Source: Callorhinchus milii (taxonomy: Eukaryota). From it: a DNA stretch of 64,000 bases. The notes beneath the pieces were generated by a model that worked only from the letters and a program-made list of their open reading frames with translations, ran no database searches and had not been told where the DNA came from. The stretch's first letter is position 1. Each line of letters starts with the position of its first letter. The translations under genes were made by a program, and so were the position numbers. The stretch spans positions 29,948,001 through 30,012,000 of the forward strand of contig NW_024704743.1 of assembly GCF_018977255.1 (NCBI RefSeq), read 5' to 3'. Of this stretch, positions 12,023-24,305 are shown in pieces.

Positions 12023-12800
12023 GCAGACTTGATTGGTATAGCTGCAGTACAGCTCCTGACAGACTTCAACCAACATCAAGCCTGCTTTTACATTTAGAAA
12101 TGCTCCTGTGTGGTCCACTTAATAATTTCAATGTTCCTAGTGAGCCAGTTTCAGTCACAGGGCATTTGTTGCTTGTTAGAAGACCTCTGGCTCTGCGTAG
12201 ACCCTCCCTCCCCTTTATCTGGATCCTTCTCTAGGCAAGACCTTGTAGTTTACCAGCTCTCAATTGCTTCATTACACTCACTGTATTGAATTAGTGCCTG
12301 TAATGTGTAAGAGCAAGGAATAATGGAAAGGAATGTCTAGTCCAGCGGAAAATTATCTTTTAACATCCCCAATGTCTTTCAAGCCACCCGCTACCATATT
12401 TTATAGGGTGACAGATTAGATTGTGGGAAAGAGGTTTTAAAAGCTCATTAGCAAAGATTACTGGTTTCTTTCACAAAGGGAGCATACTTGTACACCGTTT
12501 GATCACTTTGGTCAAGGTTTTTCTGAATTGCCTTGTTCATTTGTCGTTTCAACGGTTGCTGTTACTGAATTCAACTTCCCCCTGCTGGGAATCTCTCGTC
12601 ACTGCCACTCTCCCCCTGCTGGGAATGCTCTAACCACTTAGCTACGGGACTCCACTAGATGTTTAGAATTGACAATTTTAATGCTTATTTCACCCCGTCT
12701 CCAAAACAAACCTCAACAGATTGAACAGCACACGTTTTATACACATTTGTTAAGAACCGTTAAGAGTAACCATAATTTTTAAAGATTGATCCTCATCTTT

Positions 12801-13203
12801 GTGGAGTCCTGTAGCTCAGTGGTTAGAACACTCGCCCTGCAAGCGAGAGACCTGGGTTTGATTCCTGGGAGGGCTAAACCTTGGGCAACTTTCCTTACTT
12901 CACGTGCCTAATAATAATCCCTCAAGAAAAAAAACAAAAACAAAAAAAATTAGTCACTTCAATCCATGACTGTTCGTGGGACACTGCTGTGCGCACTTGG
13001 CTGCTGCCATTACAGTAGACCTCCCTCCCTTTTATCTGGATCCTTCTCTAGGCAAGACCTTGTAGTTTACTAGCTCTCAATTGCTTCATTACACACACTG
13101 TAAATAAACATAGTCAATTCACTTTACAGTATTTTCTGTGAAGCGCTTTGAGACATCTAGACATGAAAAGCGCTATATCAAATGCAAGGATTATTATTAT
13201 TAT
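12801..13203 (+). mobile_element. Young SINE carrying an ~90 bp internal insertion
   Basis: Head gtggagtcctgtagctcagtgg; foreign segment at 13015-13102; (att)n tail. Confidence 0.88.
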
Positions 13204-14927
13204 ATAATCTGAGTGAAAAGATGGGCGTTTTGCATTTTTGATTACTTGCTTCCAATAATAAAAGGTGAACTATTTCAAGAATTTATGAAAATAACTATTT
13301 TTAAATCCAAAAATATATTATAACTATGTAGAATCTTAAAGTGATCTTTTAAGTCACATTTGAAGTACTTCTAAAACTTTTTGGTATTTATTAATTTGCC
13401 TACGCATTACTAACATACTATATCCCATATACCAACTCCTTTAACAACTGTGCATAAAATCCGATATTTTGATTAATAATTCAGTTAGTGTTGGCCAAAC
13501 CACAATAAACATGAAAGGAATGTAAACCACATACCTTTTTGCATTTTTCCCCACAGTACAGTAAGGTAGCAAATAAACATTGCAGATGTAAAGCAACTGG
13601 TTTACCATAACAGTTCATCAGTACATCCACAACACACAACTTAAAGATAAAGATACAATGATGGACTCTGGCGTGAAGTTAAATTACACAAAAGTAAGGA
13701 TTGGGTTAACATGGAAGGGCTTTGTCATGACGAGACTCCTGGAAGAAATCCAGGAGCTTTGCCTGGAGCTGTCATCTCAATATGCTTTCTATATGCACAC
13801 ATTTACTCCTTTACCTTAGCTGCAGAATTTTACGCTATTGTGAGTAACCTGTCACCACAAATCACATAAATATTCATTTTTACATAAAACATGGTTACAA
13901 TTTGGCTCAGAAACTGTACACTAGTCATTTCATGTAAAAGTAGCAAATGTCATTGAACCAGTGGCTCTGGACTTGACCCTTTTCATTAGTTAGAAATCTC
14001 CCCAAATTAGAACTGAAAAAACTGGCTACATGCATTACAGTGGTAACTCAGACAGGCAACTCTGGAGTAAACTTGTCATGTTAAAGCAGCATAAGAATGT
14101 ACTGATAAAAAAGGAGGGGATTGAACCAAATGGTCAGAAAAGGGCCAACTACTTATCAGTCCACTTCTGCATCTCTCTTAGCAGCTAGTTCTTGTGTGAC
14201 ACAACACAATATTACATATACATTATATATATGTATGTATAACCTTTCATATCAGGAAGACATCTCAGAGTGCTTGACACTCCTTGCTGGACACCTGAGC
14301 TGGGAATGGGAGCCAAAGGGGCTGAGGAGGGGAAAGAGGTCAGAAAGTGCAGTCAAAGAGATTGGCTTTGAACGAGGGGAAGGAGTGAGTGAATCTGAAG
14401 GTCACCCACGTGGGCCTCTCAAGCAATGAATGGCGAGGGGCAAAATTACTTGGATGCCTTCTAGGTCTGCTTTTCTTCATCTCTCCATCCCCAAGAGAGG
14501 AAATTCTACATTCCTAAGGCACTTTGATGGTGCAGTAACTAACATTAGCACATAAAGTATGCACTTCGTAATTCATTGTAACATTTTGGCCAGAGAAATA
14601 TGAAGCACTTAAAACACATCCCAGTGTGCTTACCACCTGTGAGATAGAACATAGGCCTGCGTTAGCTCCCTTTTTGTAACATTTTGTGACTCCTGACTTG
14701 ACAGCACAAGCTTCTGAATGCAGTGAGATCACACTAATTGTGGATTTATAACAGCTCTCAGAAAAGGATAGAATAGAATCTTTCCGGTCCAGTCAAAAGA
14801 CATTGGAAGTATCAGGTGAGAGTTATACTTCCAGTTGTACATTGCCAGATGTAACACTTGATCATGCTTGTACAGATTTGGTAGATATGAATGGATTTCC
14901 AACAGAGCTGGGAACATATGCTTTGGA

Positions 14928-14987
14928 TCAGTGTCCCAGGTCGTTTGTTCCACCACTTGGCTGTGGCCTTTTCGGAATAGAAAGCAT
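14928..14987 (-). CDS. MRS2: MRS2 exon 11 (terminal coding exon)
   Basis: tag acceptor; MLSIPKRPQPSGGTNDLGH* (human begins this exon MASLPKK); TGA at 14930-14928. Confidence 0.75.
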   Translation of the reverse strand: MLSIPKRPQPSGGTNDLGH

Positions 14988-15159
14988 CTAGAGTAACACA
15001 AAACAGATGAAGTGGGTAAGCAATTAAGCTATGATAATAATAATAATCCTTGCATTTCACAAAGAGCTTTTAAAGTTTGCTGGAATTCAATAAAAATTAG
15101 TTCTCAACAGCTAATTGGCACAAAATCAATGAAAGACTAAGACGTGCATTAATACATAC

Positions 15160-15267
15160 AGGTGGTGGAGGGTCAAGGTGTCTGCCCAGGAAAGAGAGCA
15201 GACGTCGCCACATTAGGCCACTCCCCAGAAACATAATGCCTGTTACCAACCAAAAGATCCTGGGGTC
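15160..15267 (-). CDS. MRS2: MRS2 exon 10 (TM2)
   Basis: 108 nt, DPRIFWLVTGIMFLGSGLMWRRLLSFLGRHLDPPPP; tag/gtatgt. Confidence 0.93.
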
Positions 15268-15654
15268 CTATAAAAAACAAATGTAGAAAAGCATATTCAA
15301 GCGTCTTCAACTGGTGACATTTAGTACAACTGACTACAATGTTCATTTTATTAAATTCCTGTAGTAATAAAAAAATGAGGCTACGTTTTCCTTTTTCAGA
15401 TAAGCTCTAGTTATTTTGCTGCCCGTCTTCAATAATCAATGTTACAGTTTTATAGTGTACAATAAATCTAACTTTTAACAGTCTATCCGAGTTTATTCAA
15501 CATTGGCTCCTATTTCCTGGTTTGAGTTGAAGCTGCAATGTTCAGTCTTGCATTGGGCTGGTTAATTGAACTACAAAGCTGGTTTCTAACCAATAGAATA
15601 TCCCTCCCAAAAATAAGCACTGCTACTCCTAAATTTAAAATAAATAGCATAACA

Positions 15655-16077
15655 AGAATAATCATCCCTACATTTGGCAAAGCGCAGTTCATGTCAGGAG
15701 GCTGTTTCAAAGCCCTTCACAGAATATACTGTAAAGTAGACTGACTGTATTTTGTGGGTTAAATGCGCTAGCCAGTTTGCGCACAACAATGTCCCACGAA
15801 CAGTCATGGATTTAAATGACCAATTTTATTTGAGGGATTGTTGGCCAGGACACAGAGAGAAACTCCTTTCCTTTTTCAAATAGTGCCATGGGACCTTTAA
15901 TATCTACAGGGCTTTGGTTTAATGTCTCACCCGAAGAACGGCACTTCCAAAAATGCAACACTTCCCCAGCACTGCTTTGGAGTCAGCTTAAGACTATTTG
16001 AGTTCCAAGTCCCAACATGGGGCGTGAACCCACAACGTTCCGACTCAGAAAAGAGACTGCTACCAACTGAGCCAGGT
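15655..16077 (-). mobile_element. Old tRNA-Deu-L2 SINE (SacSINE1-like), full length
   Basis: Head (ggctcagttggtagcagtctc...gggttcacgccc), complete Deu-like body, tail. Confidence 0.8.
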
Positions 16078-16356
16078 TCATAAGATGCATTACAGAAAGA
16101 AAACAGAAAGGCTATTGAACAGAGAGTATAGGGTACAGAAAATTGGAGGAAACAAAGTTAACCCGACAAACACAGAAATATTTTAAAAGGTCTACTTAAA
16201 TTATTTAGTACTTAATAATAATAATGCTTGCATTTGATATAGCGCCTTATCACATTGTTCAGACGTCTCAAAGCACTTCACAGGAAATATTGTAAAGTGA
16301 ATTAACTGTGTATTTTATGGGCTGTAACATTACACTAAAATATTCCAGTAGCTTCA

Positions 16357-16718
16357 GGAGTCCCACAGTGTAATGGTTAGTGCGCTCGCCGCACAAGCGA
16401 GAGGATCCAAGTTCGATTCCTGGGCAGGGTGAAACCTTACACAAGTTTCCTTACTCTATATACCTGTTTACCTAGCAGAAAGCAGGAACCCAGTTGTTAG
16501 TTGACTGGCGGATCACTTTCCGGGGGTAATAATCTCTTAAAAAATTGAAAAAAATCAGTCACTCAACCCATGACAGTTTATGGACATAGCTGTGCACAAT
16601 TGGCTGCCGCGTCTCGCCCACAAAATACAGTCAATCCACTTTACAATGTATTATGTGAAACGCTTTGAGATGTCTCAATGACGTGAAAAGGTGCTATATC
16701 AAATGCAAGGATTATTGA
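16357..16718 (+). mobile_element. Intermediate SINE: tRNA head + CORE-like segment + 3' Deu + L2 tail
   Basis: Contains the ~65 bp ctgtttacctagcag...ttccgggggt block that the young copies lack. Confidence 0.8.
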
Positions 16719-16866
16719 TTATTATTTATTACTGTCCTGTACGGTTCATATGTTTGCTTCAGCTTTGGTGCTTGAACTCAATAATTGCAAATAAAAGTTG
16801 CGTACATTTGACAGCAATTACTTGTGGAAAAGTTGACATGCCGAGGTGCTATGGCGATTCTCTTAC

Positions 16867-16984
16867 CTCTTCAAAGGAGGATTCCAAATTCATACCAAAT
16901 GCAACACCGACGATTCCAAACAGGGAAACTGAAAACGTTCCCATTGTTAACTGGAGGTTCAACCGCATCATCACATTACGGTGG
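16867..16984 (-). CDS. MRS2: MRS2 exon 9 (TM1 and GMN motif)
   Basis: 118 nt, HRNVMMRLNLQLTMGTFSVSLFGIVGVAFGMNLESSFEE; CorA/MRS2 GMN signature. Confidence 0.97.
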
Positions 16985-17665
16985 CTGCAGGAAATATTAA
17001 TGAACACACACACACTGACTCCTGAACCTAGATGAACACATTTTTATACAGTAAAACACTGAAGAACACTAATCTAGTAGCACAGGTTTTTTTAAATAAC
17101 ATCTGAGGTTGTCCATATGTGCATTTTGATAAAAGTAAAATGACTTCAATTTGAACCCACGCAAAATTATCAATATTTTCTCTAAGAAGACAAAAATAAA
17201 CTGCATGTAATGCTCAGATGTGTTCCTAGAAAGTTTACAACACAGGAAACTAAAACGCATTCTGAAGGGAGGAAGAAAATCAGAGACAAGTGCCACCAGT
17301 TCTTTTCAATGTTGTACATTACAAGAGCTTCATGTGACAAGTTTCTCATTATGGGTTGTCACAGTGATCATTTTAAAGGAGTGGGGGTAAGCATGCAGTT
17401 TAAAATGAGACATTATAATATTTACATTTGATATAGTGTCTTTCATGTCGGGAGGCTTGTCTCAAACCACTTCACAGAATATACTGTAAGGTGGAGTGTT
17501 TTGTGCGCAAACATTTATATAGATTAGGAAAGTTCTCAGATGTGCCACAGCGCATTCTCCTGACACTGCTCTGAACTGCAATAGTTGTCAAGCCACAATT
17601 ACAGAATAGTACAGACCAGCTAGAACACCCCATGGTGTGCTCAACCAGCTTCATCTTCAACCCAC

Positions 17666-17818
17666 CTGTCCAAGTTAATAAAAATGATACTTTCTGAGTC
17701 ATTTATTAACACTTTCAGCTCCCGTGCTGTGTTAGCCAGATCCTCAGCCTGTCGGTAATAATTTTCAAGTAGCAATTCCATCTCCTCAGCAGGATCAATA
17801 CCTTTACTGCTCTTCTCA
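17666..17818 (-). CDS. MRS2: MRS2 exon 8
   Basis: 153 nt, EKSSKGIDPAEEMELLLENYYRQAEDLANTARELKVLINDSESIIFINLD; cag/gt. Confidence 0.97.
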
Positions 17819-18183
17819 CTGCGAGCAGAAACAAAGGCAACAGTTTCTGTTAGTGCAGCATTGACAAAGATTTAAGCTAAGCTTTGAAAAGCAATGACAA
17901 ATCAACATTGTCAATATTATTCTACAACTCAAGAGATTTGCAGAAAGCTTCAATAAGTTTAATGCCAAAACAAATCAATTGTATGGCCGATTGCTCTTAT
18001 GTTCTTGATTCCACACTGCAACAATCCCTTAATATTAATAATCATATTCAAGGACTTTTGTTTCTTGCAGATATACTACAGAAGGAATAAAGCATCAGCC
18101 CCAAGCTAACTGCTTCTCAGAGCATCAGAGATTGGAAGTTAGAAGCAGACTGGTGCAAAGTAAAACAGTAAAGTTGTACATAC

Positions 18184-18300
18184 AAAACTTGTGTCTCACT
18201 CCACTTGGTGACACAGAGCTCTTCAATCAGTTTCTCTTCATCTAGTATCTTCAGCAATGCCTCTTTGAAGACCTTCACATCCGTCTCCAGCTCACTCAGG
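18184..18300 (-). CDS. MRS2: MRS2 exon 7
   Basis: 117 nt, LSELETDVKVFKEALLKILDEEKLIEELCVTKWSETQV; cag/gtatgt. Confidence 0.96.
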
Positions 18301-19292
18301 CTGTGGTGGGGGGGGGGGGGGGGGAGGAGCAGAGTAAGTTGAACTGATGAAAATCCACCTCAGGCTATACAACAAGAATGTCAACAACAACTTACATTTA
18401 TATTGCGCCCCTTTCACGCAGGACAGCTTCCTGGAGCATTTGAACATCCCAGAGCCTTGGGAAGTCCTCCCGACGTGAAAGGTGCTTTAAAAATGTAATT
18501 TGTTATTATTGTTTGTTGTCACAATGTGAGGACTTGGAGGATTTGTGTATAACAACACGCAAAACACAGCATAATATTCTGCATTATTTTTCCCCAACTT
18601 CGGGCGTGAAAGATGGACAGAAAATGGGTTATGAATAATCCAATGCACCTTTTCAATTCGGATAAAATGTAGATATTTCCAATAATAGTAACAAACTATA
18701 CACTGCATTGAATACTTTTTTTCATACAAAATGATCAATTCCACTGTATCCTTAATGTGTTTCAGAATGCTTTGAAACATCTGTTGTGTGTCAGTGGGGT
18801 TGAGAAAGCACTTACTTTCCTCCTCAGGAAAAATCATAGGGATTTTTTTAATGCAATTCTGTCACCCTCCTCTTATAACAAAACCCAACATGCATGCGAA
18901 TTGTACTTGTGAATAAATACAATGAAATATATGTTAAGAGATTCAATCCAACAACAACTTGCATTTACATAGTGCCCCTCACACAGGGCAGCATCCCAGG
19001 CCACTACTCATCGACGTAAGGAGTGTGGTACAGCCAGATCTGGTGATGGACCATCAGACCAGATTTGAGTCACGTACATTCAGTAACAGGCATTGGTCAT
19101 CAGGCAGCAGAGTTGACCGTGTGCTGGGGTCACACGTGGGGGTAAAAAGCAGTTTGGGATGTGAGAGAAGCAAAGAGTGTTGAGGATTGCAGTGAGTGAG
19201 CTGCTCAAGCAAGGGACACATTGGGAATCGCTACTTGAGCCAAGTTTGTTGGCAGAACTCAATTTTAAGCAAAGCTCAAGTTGTATTCTTAC

Positions 19293-19423
19293 TTCTTGCT
19301 GTTCTGAAGAAGGACGTGTAGTTTGCTTCTATCGAGTGACAGGAGTTTCGGGTCCACTAGAGCATCTAAGGTCTCCAGTACCTGAGGGTGTATTTCATTT
19401 AGCCTTGCTTGTAGAGTATTCAT
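19293..19423 (-). CDS. MRS2: MRS2 exon 6
   Basis: 131 nt, MNTLQARLNEIHPQVLETLDALVDPKLLSLDRSKLHVLLQNSK; tag/gtaag. Confidence 0.96.
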
Positions 19424-20412
19424 CTAGAAATGTAAAGTACATTTTCCCAAATGAGCCTTTTAGATTTATTTAACAGTTAATAGCAAAAGCCTTGCTAACA
19501 CTTGAATGGAGATAAATGTTAAATGTGTATGTGCAGGGGAGTACAGTAAATGTGTTCCTATCAACCTACACTGCTGATTAGTCCTGGATTGTAGGGCACA
19601 TGAGTCAACGTGGACTGCTGGACATGCAGGCCAACCGAGACTGCTGCTCAGACAAATCTAAAGATCTTTCTCAAAACTGTGTGGACACGGTCATTGCAGC
19701 TCCTAATGAGCACTGGTCCAAAAATGATCTCTACTGGCAGTCTTGCTCACAGTAGCCAGCGATTGGTTAATGCGTGAAATGGAAATATCCCCCCAATGCA
19801 GTTGGGAGTGATCTTCTGAAGTCCAGGATGAAGCTAAAGGATGCTGTACTAAAATCTGACTTGCTTGATCCCGACAGAGTGTGGGAAAGTGTTGCGTTTT
19901 TCCCTGCACTGATTGATATCTTTTATTTTGATAAAATGGATCACAAAGGGATGCAACTGTGGCACTTGGCAAAGCCCAATGCTACAAAAAAGTCTTTCAC
20001 TCGTGTTCATCTGAAAAGGTTCTTTGTCACTCTTTTCGGGGGGTGGGGGGGGAAGAGGGAATAGAGGAACAAGAATTTATGATGACCCAATTAGTTGTCG
20101 GCCATTGTCGGCCAATGTACATGAAGAAGTTAAGAAGTTTCAATTTCAGCCGTGTTACAACACTACAATTATAAAAGCTTCTGAGCAACCACAAAGAATG
20201 ACTTAATTGTCTCGAAATGATTCAGAGACTCATTCAAATAAAAGTGAGAGTTGTTTCGTTTGGGGTGAACACCAACTGAAGGTTTGGGTGAACACCAACT
20301 AAACTTGTGTAAAATACCAACAATTTTTGTTTTTCCAACCAGAAATCAATCAAATTTGTCCCGTGTTCACCTTTGCTGTTTTCAGGTCAGAAACAATCCC
20401 AATCTCACTAAC

Positions 20413-20586
20413 CCTGTGTTGGAGTATTGCTTCTATAGCACGGAATTCAAACGGCAAAGAGTACATGACCAGTTGTCCATCTCCCGCTAGTTGTGAGGCC
20501 AGTTCATTTAAAAGCCAACACTCCAGATTTGGTTGGCGGTAATCCAGTATAAGGAGGTATTTCGGAGTAATCACAGCCTTTAGAAT
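20413..20586 (-). CDS. MRS2: MRS2 exon 5
   Basis: 174 nt, ILKAVITPKYLLILDYRQPNLECWLLNELASQLAGDGQLVMYSLPFEFRAIEAILQHR; LPFEFRA motif. Confidence 0.97.
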
Positions 20587-22543
20587 CTGGCAAAACAAAA
20601 TAAAATTCCTGTGAAACTTTCAGTGATCTTTTGAATCAAAAACAACACCAGCCATGTACTGTTGGACCCCACTATGTTTTCTGGTACAGCAGATTTATTT
20701 ACAATAATTTCCTATATAGTGCCTTGTAGATCATTGAGACATTTTTTTTTGTGGGTGAACATGGCAGCCAATTTGCGCTCAACCGTGTTTCACCCACAAA
20801 ATACTCAATCAATCCATTTTACAATATATTCTGTGAAGCGCTGTGAGATGTCTAAACAACGTGATAAGGTACTATATCAAATGCAAGGATTATTATTACA
20901 ACAAGGTCAGAATATCTAGGATGAGGGAGGCAAGATAGATAATCGCTTCACTTTTAACCAAATAAATACAACACCAGCGGCTGAACACATAACCATCATC
21001 ACAATCCGGTTCAACTTTGAAACACAAGGTCTTGTAAACTAGCACCAGGCTCTCAAAATAAAATCATTAATTTCATGAGGAAGGACTTATTTGGTAGCAG
21101 CTTCACTCAGAAAAGAAACTTCTAACCCAGTTGACACTGACATTGATGATTACAACATGAACTGGCTTCTCATCAAAATGGCAAATTGTACATTTAGAAT
21201 GACCATCATCTCCTCCCCTGTAGGGCCTCTCTTGAATGACATTTAAGAGCAATTTCATGCAGTGGCAACTTTTATTCTCAACTGGCCAGGAATAATATTG
21301 AATTGTATAACGTAGATAGAGAATAATGGGACCTGGATTGATTACAAGGCAGTAATCTCATCAAGGTGAAGAGTAAACATCAGAAATAACAAGAACAAAT
21401 TACATTTGTATAGCACCTTCACATCGGGAGGACATCCCAAGGTGCTGGGAATAAATAACTAGAGGATAGTCTCACAATTTTATAATGGGTGAACGGAGGC
21501 AGCATACCACAACCTGAAAATTTATGTAGATTTGTTTTTTAAATAAATGTGCTTTATTTTGACGTAGATTGTGTGCCTTCATTTGTTTCAGTGAAGTACA
21601 ATGGGGAAGCACAGCGAATGATTAGTCATTGTACTGCCGTTAGTGCAAGTTTATCAGGAAATAATGATTGATATACATCTTGCATTGAATCAAATGTAAA
21701 GTTATTCACAAAACTCTACCTCGGTACAAAAAGGTGCTGCTGTATTATTAATTGAATGGAATATTTGATTAACTTATCTGTCACATAAACAATAAAGACA
21801 GAACCCACATGTTTATATCACCATTTCAAAATGATTTAAGATAAAATTTAAATGTTATTCTGTAATTCTCAACAATTACAAGCAATTTCGACAACTTGCT
21901 ACACAAATTGCGAAGAATAAAAATGTTCCTAATAGATTGTCCCTCTGGCACTTTCAGTTCTGATCTGAGGCATGAACCGTGACAACTTACAAACATTTAA
22001 AGAACATAACAATGGTACAGGACAACAACAACAACAAGATTCCATTTATAAAGCGCCTTTCACGTCAGGAGGACGTCCCAAGGCGCTGCACAGTTGGGTC
22101 ATGACCCGAGCAGGGGGGAAATGGTCAGGGTGAGGGGAGGGAAGGGAGGGAGCGAGGAGGGGGAAGAGAGTCGAGAGGGGAGCTGAAGGCTTTATAATGG
22201 ATCGCCTGCGTACAATACCTCCGTAACTGCATTATAAGCAAAGCGTGAAAAATGGTCGGTTTGTGAAGTCATCAATTACATCACTTCCTTAGCAGAGGAC
22301 GCTTTTTAGTCTGACAAAAAGACAGCTAATCAGCTTCAGAAGTCGAGTGTATTGTGTTTCTGCTTAGCACAGATCCACAAGATCATCATTATTCCAAGGT
22401 GTGCTATAATTGCTGACAAAATGTTCCTGGATGCTTCTGATCATACTCAAAATCAAAAATCACAAGCAAACACAGATCATTTCTATAAAGCGTTGAATCA
22501 ATCCACATCTCCAGAAAATGTTTGGATTGAAGATTCATCTTAC

Positions 22544-22656
22544 CTCCATCCTTAAGATAATGCAATTATTCTTGGCATTAATGCTCGTCAGATGCTGGAA
22601 CCGTAAATCTCGTGCTTGAAGTCCAAGCTCCTGGAACAATTCTGTCTTCTTCCTTT
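22544..22656 (-). CDS. MRS2: MRS2 exon 4
   Basis: 113 nt, RKKTELFQELGLQARDLRFQHLTSINAKNNCIILRME; RDLR motif; tag/gtaag. Confidence 0.97.
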
Positions 22657-23046
22657 CTACAGTGAAGTGACACAGAGCAACAATGTACATTTACTAAAAT
22701 GTAAGGGTTATTATTGGAACATTTAAGAAAAAAAATCATATGTAAGGAACCGTTCAATTTGATTAGGAACTCGTTCTCTTCTCCAGCTTTCTTCCAGCAA
22801 AAAAAAATCTATAGTCAATTCACTTTACAGCATATTCTGTGAAGCACTTTGAGATGTCTCGAAGACGTGATAAGGCGCCACATCAAAAAAAATCAAAATG
22901 CAAGGATTATTATTTCCCATTTAAAGACAATTTTACTCCCCCCTACTGCTTTGAGACGCCTCTACAATAATAAAGTGCTGCATCAAACGCATGGATTTTT
23001 CTTTTTATATTTTATTATTATTATAAGACGTTGTATCAAATACAAG

Positions 23047-23406
23047 AATTATTATTATCATCACGTCTTCGAGATGTCTCAAAGCGCTTCACAGACTATA
23101 TTGTAAAGTGAATTGACGGTATATTTTGTGGGAGAAACGCGATTGTCAATTGTGCACAGCAGTGTCCCACAAAACAGCGAGTGTTTTTGAGTGACCAAAT
23201 TTTAAAAAATATATATTTTTAAGGAATTATTACATCCAGAAAAGCGATCCGCTAAACGACTAACAACCGGGTTCCTACTTACAGCTAGGTAAACAGAGAC
23301 GTGTGGAGTAAGGAAACTTGCCCAACGTTTCACCCTGCCCGGAATCAAACCCATGTCCTCTCGCTTGCGAGGAGCGTGCTCTCACCTCTAAGCTACAGGA
23401 CTCCAC
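23047..23406 (-). mobile_element. Intermediate (CORE-like) SINE
   Basis: Reverse complement reads ttgggcaagtttccttactccacacgtctctgtttacctagctgtaagtaggaacccgg. Confidence 0.82.
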
Positions 23407-23459
23407 CTTATGATGCATCCTGAAGTATTGATCTGAGTTTACTTTCCAATCCTGTTTAA

Positions 23460-23880
23460 AATGCTATACACCTCTATGAGATGACCCCTCTGAGTCGTCT
23501 TCTCTCACGATTGAAGATTCCTAATTTGTCTAATTGTTGCTCATAGCTCATTCTCCTAACACTGGGGAATATTCTCATTGCTCTCCTCTGTACCATCTGT
23601 AGGCCTGGAAACCCCCATTATGTCACAGTGTCCAGAACTGAATGCTGTATTCAAGGTCCAGTCTGACCAGAGCACAGTACAGCCTGAGTATGATGTCTGG
23701 GGATCTAAACTCAACTGATTTAGCAATATAGCCCAGCATCCTGTTTGCTTTGCTTATTGCTGCCTCACATTGTATTGACATAGTGAGCAACAAGTCAACT
23801 AATACCCCTAGATCTCTTTCAGCTTCAATATGTGTTTTAGTGATACTGAATGGAACACATTGCACAATTAACTGGACTAA
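23460..23880 (-). mobile_element. CR1 LINE ORF2 fragment
   Basis: ERDLGVLVD...CEAAISKANRMLGYI...LYCALVRLDLEYSIQFW. Confidence 0.85.
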
Positions 23881-24115
23881 GATACATTTTTCCAAGAAAA
23901 TAAACTTGGTCCCCGTTTCGAGACACACAAGTGAATACTTGTTACATGATGAGAATGACACTTCAAAAGTAAGTTTGAAAACAAGATAACATTTACAGAA
24001 AAAGATAAAACAATGGAAGCAGAATTAAATGGGCATCACCATCTTCTTTAAATGTTCTCAGCACAAGGTTTTTACTCGAAACAAGAAATGTTATGACTTA
24101 AAAAATAAAACTTAC

Positions 24116-24152
24116 CAAAAGAGCTGACATTTCCAGCCTCGTCAAATTTCAT
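24116..24152 (-). CDS. MRS2: MRS2 exon 3
   Basis: 37 nt, MKFDEAGNVSSF; cag/gtaag; preceded by a 79 nt intron. Confidence 0.93.
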
Positions 24153-24231
24153 CTGCAAGAAGAAAATGACGCCCATTAACATTGACATTCATGTGGCGTT
24201 TTAAAAAACCGAGTATTTAGGTGACACTTAC

Positions 24232-24305
24232 CACTGAAAACATTGGAACCACAGAGGCCAGAGTAGACTGCAATGGTTCTGTACTGTAGTATCGGCTTCC
24301 TTTTA
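24232..24305 (-). CDS. MRS2: MRS2 exon 2
   Basis: 74 nt, KGSRYYSTEPLQSTLASVVPMFSV (human ...QATLASVAPVFTV); tag/gtaagt. Confidence 0.9.
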
